Shown: positions 56,480 through 64,000 of the stretch, in pieces
Position numbering within the stretch: position 1 is the first letter of the stretch
Layout of the letters: every line of letters begins with the position of its first letter
Origin: Actinomycetota bacterium
GTDB lineage: Bacteria > Actinomycetota > AC-67
Assembly: GCA_041658565.1 (NCBI GenBank)
Contig: JBAZZY010000010.1
Location: 11,881-75,880 of the forward strand
Direction: 5' to 3'
DNA length: 64,000 nucleotides
Notes under the pieces: generated by a model
Database searches by the model: none
Seen by the model: only the letters and a program-made list of their open reading frames with translations
Told to the model about the DNA's origin: nothing
Translations under genes and position numbers: made by a program

Positions 56480-58309
56480 CTACTCGACCGTGACGCTCTT
56501 GGCGAGGTTTCGCGGCTGATCCACATTGCAGCCGCGAAGCGTCGCGACCTCGTAAGCCAAGAACTGCATCGGCACCGCCACCAGCGCAGGGACCAAGAGT
56601 TCGTGGACACGGGGAACCTCGATCACGCGATCGGCATGACGCGCCACCTCGTCACGATCGCCCTCACTGCAGATCGCGACGACGAACGCGCCGCGCGCCT
56701 TGACCTCCTGGATGTTGGAAAGCACCTTCTGATACACGTGACACTGCGTCGCGACGGCCACGACCGGCACGCCCTGCTCGATCAAGGCGATCGGACCATG
56801 CTTGAGTTCGCCGGCGGCGAATCCCTCGGCATGCACGTAGCTGATCTCCTTTAGCTTCAGCGCGCCTTCGAGTGCCAGCGGGTATCCGACGTGGCGGCCC
56901 ATGAAGATAACGCTCGAGGCGCCGGCGATCTCAGCGGCGATCGCCTTCACCGGCTCATGCAGGTCGAGCACGCTCTCGATCAACGCCGGCAGACGCTGCA
57001 TATCGGCCACAATTGCCGCGGCCTCCGACGGCCACATGGTCGCCCGCACTTGCGCAAGGTACAGCGCCAGCAACTTCAGCCCGACGACCTGCGTCAGAAA
57101 CGTCTTGGTGGCCGCGACGCCGACTTCCGGACCGGCGCGCGTGTACAGCACCCCGTCCGCTTCCCTCGCGACGCTGGAGCCGACCACATTGACCACCGCC
57201 ATGACCTTCGCGCGCTGCTCGCGCGCGTATCGCACTGCTTCCAGCGTGTCGATGGTCTCACCCGACTGCGACACCGCGATCACAAGCGTGTCACGGTCCA
57301 GCACCGGATCGCGGTAACGAAACTCACTGGCGATCTCGATCTCAACCGGCAAGCGGGTCCAGTGCTCAATCGCGTACTTGGCAACCAGCCCGGCATGAAA
57401 CGCGGACCCGCAAGCGACCACGAAGACCTTGTCGATCGCGCGGATCTCCTCGTCGGCCAAGCGCAGCTCATCCAGCATCAACTTCCCGTCAGGCAGCGTT
57501 CGTCCACGCAATGCGTCGGCAACCGCATCGGGCTGCTCGTAGATCTCCTTGAGCATGAACGTGTCGAACCCGGACTTCTCCGCCGCCTGCACATCCCAGT
57601 CGATGTGGATGGCGTTGCCCTCGGCGGGGGATCCGTCGAGCGTCGTAAGGCGGAAACCGTCGCGGCGAATCTCGACAAGTTGGTCGTCGAGCACGTGCAC
57701 GACGTCGCGCGTGTGCGGGAGCAATGCCGTCGGGTCCGACGCCAGATACGTCCCCTTGTCATTCCGTCCGACGATCAGCGGACTCGTTCGCTTCGCCGCG
57801 ACGATTAGGCCGGGCTCGTCGGCGGCAATAACTCCGATTGCAAAGGCGCCCTCGACTTCCGCGACGATGCGACGCACGGCCGCGACAAGGTCGCCTTCGT
57901 AGACCGACTCGATCAAGTGCGCCAAGGTCTCGGTGTCGGTGTCGGAGGAAAACACGTGTCCGTCCGCCTCCAGGCGCGTTCGCAATTCGAAGAAGTTCTC
58001 AATGATCCCGTTGTGGATCAGTGCGATTCTCCCGGCGCAATCGGAATGAGGGTGCGCGTTGCGATCCGTCGGGCCGCCGTGCGTCGCCCATCGGGTGTGC
58101 CCGATCCCGGTCGTGCCCTCGATCACCAAAGGTGCAAGCTCTTTGTCGAGCGCTTCGATCTTGCCGGCCTTTCGCACCAACCGGATTCCGCCGTTCTCCA
58201 GCACCGCAACGCCCGCGGAGTCGTACCCGCGATAGTCCAGTCTGCGAAGTCCGTCGACGACGACGGAGAGAGCGGGGGTATCCCCGACCACGCCCATGAT
58301 TCCGCACAT
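56480..58309 (-). CDS. glmS: Glutamine--fructose-6-phosphate aminotransferase
   Basis: MCGIMGVVG N-terminal nucleophile. Two SIS domains. C-terminal …SVTVE. Confidence 0.95.
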   Translation of the reverse strand: MCGIMGVVGDTPALSVVVDGLRRLDYRGYDSAGVAVLENGGIRLVRKAGKIEALDKELAPLVIEGTTGIGHTRWATHGGPTDRNAHPHSDCAGRIALIHNGIIENFFELRTRLEADGHVFSSDTDTETLAHLIESVYEGDLVAAVRRIVAEVEGAFAIGVIAADEPGLIVAAKRTSPLIVGRNDKGTYLASDPTALLPHTRDVVHVLDDQLVEIRRDGFRLTTLDGSPAEGNAIHIDWDVQAAEKSGFDTFMLKEIYEQPDAVADALRGRTLPDGKLMLDELRLADEEIRAIDKVFVVACGSAFHAGLVAKYAIEHWTRLPVEIEIASEFRYRDPVLDRDTLVIAVSQSGETIDTLEAVRYAREQRAKVMAVVNVVGSSVAREADGVLYTRAGPEVGVAATKTFLTQVVGLKLLALYLAQVRATMWPSEAAAIVADMQRLPALIESVLDLHEPVKAIAAEIAGASSVIFMGRHVGYPLALEGALKLKEISYVHAEGFAAGELKHGPIALIEQGVPVVAVATQCHVYQKVLSNIQEVKARGAFVVAICSEGDRDEVARHADRVIEVPRVHELLVPALVAVPMQFLAYEVATLRGCNVDQPRNLAKSVTVE

Positions 58310-58364
58310 ATGCGCCTCAGTCTACCGGCGCTCGGGAACTGTCTGCGTACGATCGGCCGGGCGA

Positions 58365-59672
58365 TCAGCCCAGCGTCGCCCGTACTACTTCAACCACTGT
58401 TTCAACCGCGGCGCGAGCGCGCTCTTGGGTCGGGGCCTCCGCCATGACGCGCACGAGTTGCTCGGTGCCGGACGCGCGCACCAACAACCGACCCTCGCCG
58501 TTCATCCCGGCTTCCACGGCGCTCACCACATCCCACACCGGCCTCGCGTCGGCGAGCGATTCGCGGTCCCGCACTCGAACGTTGACCAGGACCTGTGGGA
58601 ACCGAGGGATGCGCGCAGCCAGATCCGCGAGGCTCGCCCCGGTAGAGGCCACGACACGCATCAATCGAAGAGCGGTCAGAATCCCGTCCCCGGTCGTGTG
58701 GCGGTCGAGGAAGACGATGTGACCGGATTGCTCCCCGCCCATCACGGAGCCGCTCGCGAGCATCTCCGCGAGCACGTACCGGTCCCCCACCTTTGTTTCC
58801 AGCACGCGGATTCCCTCGCGCTCCATCGCCCTGCGGAATCCGAGGTTAGCCATCACGGTCGTAACCACGGTGTTCTCGGCGAGCGCGCCGAGATCTCGAG
58901 CATGCAGCGCGCAAATCCCGAGGATCTGGTCGCCGTCGACAATGTCGCCGCGCGCGTCGATGGCGATGAACCGGTCCGCGTCGCCGTCGTGAGTGATCCC
59001 CGCATCGGCACCGGTCTCGATCACCTTTGCCGCACAGGCCTCGGGATGCGTTGATCCGACGCCGGCGTTGATGTTGGTGCCGTCCGGCTCTGCGCCGATC
59101 ACAATCACCTTGGCGCCCGCGCGCCGGTAAACCTCTGGGGCGATCGAGAACGCCGCGCCGTTGGCGCAGTCGACCACCACGCGCAAACCCGCCAGCGACG
59201 GAACGCCTTCGAGCAAGAACTCCTCATAACGCTCGCGCGCGTCCGTGAGAGGCTCGGGTGCGGCCGGCGGATCCGCGGTGCCGTCCATTGCGGCCTCGAT
59301 GCGGTCTTCGACTTCGTCGGGCAACTTCATGCCGTCGGGGCCGAAGAACTTGATGCCGTTGTCCGCCGCAGGATTGTGGCTCGCGCTGATGACAATGCCC
59401 GCCGTCGCGCCGTAGGCGTGAACCAGGTGAGCGACTCCCGCGGTCGGCATCACGCCGGCCGACAACGAATGCCCGCCCGCCGCAACGATGCCGGATGCAA
59501 GTGCACTCTCCAGCGCAGGGCCTGATGCGCGCGTGTCCATCCCGATGACGATGCGGGGGGATCCGTCTCCCAGGACCGTTGCAGCCGCGTGTCCAAGGGC
59601 GCGCGCAAGATCGTCGGTCAGGGTCGTGCCGTAAGTGCCACGAACGCCGTCGGTCCCGAAAAGGCGGGCCAC
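58365..59672 (-). CDS. glmM: Phosphoglucosamine mutase
   Basis: MARLFGTDGVRGT. Active-site Ser loop ISASHNPAADNGIKFF. Confidence 0.95.
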   Translation of the reverse strand: MARLFGTDGVRGTYGTTLTDDLARALGHAAATVLGDGSPRIVIGMDTRASGPALESALASGIVAAGGHSLSAGVMPTAGVAHLVHAYGATAGIVISASHNPAADNGIKFFGPDGMKLPDEVEDRIEAAMDGTADPPAAPEPLTDARERYEEFLLEGVPSLAGLRVVVDCANGAAFSIAPEVYRRAGAKVIVIGAEPDGTNINAGVGSTHPEACAAKVIETGADAGITHDGDADRFIAIDARGDIVDGDQILGICALHARDLGALAENTVVTTVMANLGFRRAMEREGIRVLETKVGDRYVLAEMLASGSVMGGEQSGHIVFLDRHTTGDGILTALRLMRVVASTGASLADLAARIPRFPQVLVNVRVRDRESLADARPVWDVVSAVEAGMNGEGRLLVRASGTEQLVRVMAEAPTQERARAAVETVVEVVRATLG

Positions 59673-59679
59673 AGCCGTA

Positions 59680-60078
59680 CTAGCGCTTGGAGTACTGCGG
59701 CGCCTTGCGGGCCTTCTTGAGGCCGTACTTGCGGCGTTCCTTGGCGCGAGCGTCGCGAGTGAGCAGACCCTTGCGCTTCAACTCGGTACGCAACGTCGGG
59801 TCGGCCTCGATGAGCGCGCGCGCGATGCCGTGGCGCAGCGCCCCCGCCTGCCCGCTGGTTCCGCCGCCTGCCAGCGACGCGATCACGTCGTAGCGCTCGG
59901 CCGTGTTGGTGAGCCGCAGGGGCTCGGTCACGACCATCTGAAGCGCCGGACGCGGGAAGTAGTCCTTGAGTGGGCGGCCGTTCAGAGTGAACTGACCCGT
60001 TCCGGACACGATGCGCACGCGCGCGACCGATTCCTTGCGTCGGCCCGTCGCTCGAATTGCCTGTGCCGCTATCGCCAT
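59680..60078 (-). CDS. rpsI: 30S ribosomal protein S9
   Basis: C-terminal …[10 protein letters not shown]. Confidence 0.95.
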   Translation of the reverse strand: MAIAAQAIRATGRRKESVARVRIVSGTGQFTLNGRPLKDYFPRPALQMVVTEPLRLTNTAERYDVIASLAGGGTSGQAGALRHGIARALIEADPTLRTELKRKGLLTRDARAKERRKYGLKKARKAPQYSKR

Positions 60079-60521
60079 TACCGAGTCACCGCCTTCGCCT
60101 GGTAGGGCTCCGGCTTCTGCGCTTCGTGCGGATGCTCGGGACCGTCGTACACCTTCAACTTCTCGCCCATCGCGCGTCCAAGCCGGTTGTGCGGGAGCAT
60201 TCCCTTCACCGCGCGTTCAACCGCCAACGACGGCCGCGTCTGCAGCAGCTCCTCGTACGACACGCGCGTGAGACCGCCCGGGTACCCCGAGTGGCGGATG
60301 AACTCCTTCTGGGCGGTCTTCTTGCCCGTCAATCGGATCTTGCTCGCGTTGACGATGACGACGAAGTCGCCGCAGTCGACGTGGGGAGCAAAGATCGGCT
60401 TGTGCTTTCCGCGGAGAAGGCGCGCGGCTTCAACGGCAAGGCGACCCAGGACGCGATCTTCCGCGTCCAGGACCCACCAACGACGCTGGATATCTGAGGG
60501 TTTCGGAGAGAATGTTTTCAT
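60078..60521 (-). CDS. rplM: 50S ribosomal protein L13
   Basis: [29 protein letters not shown]. Confidence 0.95.
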   Translation of the reverse strand: MKTFSPKPSDIQRRWWVLDAEDRVLGRLAVEAARLLRGKHKPIFAPHVDCGDFVVIVNASKIRLTGKKTAQKEFIRHSGYPGGLTRVSYEELLQTRPSLAVERAVKGMLPHNRLGRAMGEKLKVYDGPEHPHEAQKPEPYQAKAVTR

Positions 60522-60554
60522 AAATAAAGTGCCTGGTCAGCGGGCGGAAACTCT

Positions 60555-60575
60555 ACCCGGGCGCCGCCCCCGGGT
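60555..60575 (-). terminator. GC-rich hairpin acccggg-cgccgcc-cccgggt between the ABC-2 operon and rplM (candidate factor-independent terminator without a clear U-tract)
   Basis: 7-bp perfect stem and 7-nt loop in an 88-bp intergenic region. Confidence 0.3.
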
Positions 60576-60608
60576 CAACCTGCGCGAATTCCTCCGGGGA
60601 CTGAAGAC

Positions 60609-61748
60609 CTAGGTCTGAGGGCGAAGGATCGCCCGCTCCCCCGACGTGAGCCGGCGTGCCGCCTCAACGAGCAACGTGGAGTAGACGATGGTCGGGAGCA
60701 GGACCGAGAGTATCGCGCCGATCCCAAGTGGCCCCAGAATTCCCTCGCGCGCGAGGATCATGGGTCCCAGCACAGGGACCGCAAGGAGAGCAGGCGCAGG
60801 GGAGATGTCGGGCACGACCAGGAAGATCACGCTCATGACTCCGGCGGGAATGTAGATCGAAGCGGAGAGCGAGGATGCCTCTCGGGCCGAAGTCCCCCAA
60901 GCACCGACAGCCAGGCCTGCGGACACCGTAAACGCAGCCACGGCGAACATCGCGATCGACAGGGAAGACAACTCGGCCCACCCGAAGGACAGCCGGCCCC
61001 CCAAAGCAGGAAGATCCAGAACGCTGACCACCGCAAACGGTAACAAACTGACTGCGGCAACCGTCAGCGCGGCCAGCATGGACACCCCCCACTTGGCTGC
61101 GATGACCTGCCAAGGACGGTAAGGAAGGACGAGGAGCGACTCGAGAGTTCGGCCGTCTTTCTCTGAGGCAAGGGTCGAAACCGAGAAGCCAAGCATGACG
61201 CTGAGCGGGAACCAGACGTAGACCGGCAGAACCGAGGCTGCGAAGAACCTCCTTCCCGCTGGGCTGCGTACAAGGTCGGTGGTGTGGATGTTGACCTCTC
61301 GGCGGCGTTCCGCAACTGCCGTCGCTCTATTCAGCACTCCCTGCACACGGAAGAACGCGAGCACCGACTTGCCGCTTGCACCCAGCAGCAAGACCTCCAC
61401 GTTGAGTTCAGGCGCGCGCTTTCCCCGCAGAGTGGTGGAGACGACCATCCCCACGTCTGCCTTTCGCCCAAGAACCGCGGCAGCGGCGTCGCGGGTTTCA
61501 CGGATGGTGATCCCCCCGGACTCCAACGCTTGGCGGACCGGTTCGGCTCCTCCCTGGACGGCCACGACGACCGAGCCGTGAGAGAGGTCCGTAGCGGAAC
61601 GCTGCGCAATCAGGCCGGGAAGTCCGAAGAAGAGAGGAACGAACAACAGCGGCTGGAGAAGCGTAGAGATCCGCACCCACCGCTGTCGGCCGATATCCAT
61701 CAACTCACGCCGGAGGATGGTGGCGATCCCAGCCGGAGTATCGGTCAT
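60609..61748 (-). CDS. ABC-2 family transporter permease
   Basis: 379 aa, polytopic. Overlaps the upstream ATPase gene (4 bp). Confidence 0.75.
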   Translation of the reverse strand: MTDTPAGIATILRRELMDIGRQRWVRISTLLQPLLFVPLFFGLPGLIAQRSATDLSHGSVVVAVQGGAEPVRQALESGGITIRETRDAAAAVLGRKADVGMVVSTTLRGKRAPELNVEVLLLGASGKSVLAFFRVQGVLNRATAVAERRREVNIHTTDLVRSPAGRRFFAASVLPVYVWFPLSVMLGFSVSTLASEKDGRTLESLLVLPYRPWQVIAAKWGVSMLAALTVAAVSLLPFAVVSVLDLPALGGRLSFGWAELSSLSIAMFAVAAFTVSAGLAVGAWGTSAREASSLSASIYIPAGVMSVIFLVVPDISPAPALLAVPVLGPMILAREGILGPLGIGAILSVLLPTIVYSTLLVEAARRLTSGERAILRPQT

Positions 61749-62605
61749 GCGCTCCCCTCGTGCCCGAAAGCACCTTCGCCGAGAAGTGCGGCACTCGGTG
61801 GGTCCATCGTGCCCGCCAAGGCCTCGTCTTTGAGGGCGTCGAGGAATGCCAGACGGAACTCGCCGGTGACATGGCGACGTGCGATGTCCTCGACAGATCC
61901 TTCAACGACCACACGGCCCGCCGTAATGCCGACCACGTTGCGGCAGAGCAGTTGCACCTCGGTGAGGATGTGCGTGGATAGGAGCACCGTCTTGTGGGCG
62001 AAAGCGCTCCCGGTCAGAAGGTCGTGTACTGCGGCTGCGGCTGAAACGTCCAAAGACGCCGTGGGTTCGTCGAGCAGCAAGACCGGGGGATCGTGGACCA
62101 GCGCGCGCGCCAAGGCGATCTTCTGTCGCGTCCCCTTTGAAAGCACGGCCGCCTTCGAATCCAAACGGTCGTGGAAGGACAGGAGTTCCGCGAGTTCCTC
62201 CACGCGCCGGCGCGCGACCGCCGAACTCAGGCCGAAGGATCGCGCAGCGAACACGAGTTGCTCGCGGCAAGTGAGGCGATCGTAGAGACCCGGGTCTTCC
62301 GTGAGCAGGCCGATCGAGCGCCGGACCTCCCGGGAGTTCGCCACGGTATCCAGTCCGCACACGCGCACCGAACCGGAGTCCGGACGAAGAAGGGTGGCGA
62401 TCAAGCGAAGTGTCGTCGTCTTGCCGGCGCCGTTGGGTCCGAGCAGTCCGGTGATCAGACCGGGCACCGCGAGGAAACCGACGCCCCTCAAGACCGGCTT
62501 CCCGCCGAGGCTTCGCCGGACATCCACGACTTCAATCACGGCGCGATATTGCCCTCCGCGATCCAACAGCTGGGCTATACCCGACATCGACTGATCTTCT
62601 GTCAA
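61745..62605 (-). CDS. ABC transporter ATP-binding protein
   Basis: Walker A GPNGAGKTT, signature LSKGTRQKIALARAL, Walker B LLLDEPTASLD. Confidence 0.85.
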   Translation of the reverse strand: MTEDQSMSGIAQLLDRGGQYRAVIEVVDVRRSLGGKPVLRGVGFLAVPGLITGLLGPNGAGKTTTLRLIATLLRPDSGSVRVCGLDTVANSREVRRSIGLLTEDPGLYDRLTCREQLVFAARSFGLSSAVARRRVEELAELLSFHDRLDSKAAVLSKGTRQKIALARALVHDPPVLLLDEPTASLDVSAAAAVHDLLTGSAFAHKTVLLSTHILTEVQLLCRNVVGITAGRVVVEGSVEDIARRHVTGEFRLAFLDALKDEALAGTMDPPSAALLGEGAFGHEGSA

Positions 62606-62938
62606 GAACCGGCGTCACGGTGCTCCGCCTTTCCTGTCCGCCATACGCACGTGCAGTCGCAGTAAGCGGCCGCATGTGACGCAGGCATTTCTGTAGGGGG
62701 AAAGTAGGGTGCAATGGGCCGCGGCGCAAGACCCGGTCGGATGCGCTGCTACCACGCGGGAGGCCGCCGACCGAGGAGCAGTGGAAGGAGCCCCGACACC
62801 GAAAATAGGGCGTGCGCGCTTGTCAAGGGGGGGATGCCATCCGAGACCGCGCTCGCACCGAGGAACGACACCCCTTGCCCTCAACGCCGCCGTGGGTTAC
62901 GAATGGGACATATCTGCAACACGGGATCGGGGGGAAGA

Positions 62939-63827
62939 GATGAGACGTCCGATTGCGGCGCTGGCCTGCGCCACGCTGATCTCCATGGTCGCCTGCGGCA
63001 GCAAGGTCCCGCGCGCGGCGCCGCTGGTCGCACCCTCGGAGTCCCGGCCGTCTGAGAGCGTCACCGCATCGACGACGACGTCGGCGACAGAGACGCCCCG
63101 CCCCGCGCCCAGCCCCTCGGCCTCCCCCTCGAGCATCCCCACCCGGCGCCATGTCCCCGACGAGGTCCTGCTTGGATTGAGGACGCCGCGTAACGGATCA
63201 ACACGCAAGTTGCAGTTGCGCTTCAGCGCGTTTGGATTGCCCAGCACCTGCGGCTCTGTCGGTCCCCTCGAGGTCTCCAAGCGCCTGAAGGAAGATCTGC
63301 AGGCAACGATCCAGGGGTTCGACCGCACAGAGGGCAAGCGTGGCTCGGTGTGCGGCGGGGCGATTCAAGTCACGTCCTCGACCATCGACATCCCGCTGTC
63401 GTGGGCGCGCGCCAAGGCGCGCACGATCGTCGTGGATCTGTCCGGGAAGAAGAACACCTTCCAGCTCACGCTCGAAGGCTACGTGGCCGTCCTCGATCCC
63501 TCGCGGACGCCGAATGTCTTCTCCGGCAGGCGCGATCTCCCGGATCGGCGCGTTGGGTCGAGCCAGGTGACCGCCATCCTGTATCCGCAAGACGTTGGGC
63601 GCCTCTACGTGGCTGCTTCCGGGGACTATGTCGAGAGGTTACGGACCTTCGCGGGCGAACAAGGCTGGCTCGACGCTCGCGAAACCTACGGATTCCCCGA
63701 CGCGAACCCAGAAAAACCCACCATGCTGTGGGTCGTGGTCCGAAATCGGGAGCTGCCCCCGCCGCACCGTGGAGAGATGGTCGGCAAGATCGGCTCGGCG
63801 GAAGTGCACCTCGCCTGCGAGGAGTGA
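62939..63827 (+). CDS. Hypothetical lipoprotein
   Basis: MRRPIAALACATLISMVACGS lipobox, then Ser/Thr/Pro-rich linker. No recognisable domain. The ORF extends upstream to 62709. Confidence 0.5.
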
Positions 63828-63842
63828 CGGCCACCGGACTCG

Positions 63843-64000
63843 TCAGCGCGCAAACGGGTTGCGGGGATAGCCGACCTCCATGAAGTGCAGGCCGCGCGCC
63901 GGAGCCACCGGACCGGCCGCGGCGCGATCGCGTGCGGCGAGCGCGCGCTCCACATCCTCAACCGCGCGCCGTCCTCGTCCGACCTCCAGCAGCATCCCCA
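63843..64000 (-). CDS. 3' end of an unidentified gene continuing beyond the window
   Basis: Minus-strand frame reads …ALAARDRAAAGPVAPARGLHFMEVGYPRNPFAR-stop. Partial only. Confidence 0.25.
   Translation of the reverse strand, partial: GMLLEVGRGRRAVEDVERALAARDRAAAGPVAPARGLHFMEVGYPRNPFAR

Noticed and set aside
1-64000. CRISPR arrays, rRNA, tRNA genes
   Set aside because: No regularly spaced direct repeats with unique spacers and no rRNA-like conserved stretches seen. All larger intergenic regions were read and none showed a tRNA-like cloverleaf that I could recognise by eye. A dedicated tRNA scan would be needed to exclude tRNAs formally.

Overview
High-GC (~70%) bacterial chromosome segment. 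Gene content and order (rplM-rpsI-glmM…glmS-nnr-alr-…-tsaE-tsaB-rimI-tsaD…groES…guaB3…guaA, plus folD-purH-purN, sucCD, accDA) match the conserved actinobacterial core block (inference from gene order, no search run). On this backbone sit several accessory insertions. (1) Two paralogous modules in which a secreted S8 subtilase carrying a C-terminal tryptophan-pentapeptide repeat array (period 5 aa / 15 bp) lies directly upstream of a polytopic membrane sensor protein. In one module the sensor is a GGDEF-EAL c-di-GMP enzyme, in the other a histidine kinase. Both sensors share the same N-terminal transmembrane domain and are flanked by two-component regulators. (2) A low-GC islet with an S1 alpha-lytic-type protease and a BsuPI-like inhibitor lipoprotein, bounded by a duplicated folD 3' end. 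(3) A brnTA toxin-antitoxin pair plus a DUF4143 AAA ATPase. (4) A vapBC pair. (5) A beta-propeller lipoprotein/ABC-2 exporter module with degenerate duplicated boundary fragments nearby. (6) An FbpABC iron importer inserted next to an orphan groES with a perfect CIRCE element. At least five secreted endopeptidases occur in 64 kb. No rRNA, tRNA or CRISPR array was recognised by eye. All homology statements are motif recognition from the translations; no search was run.
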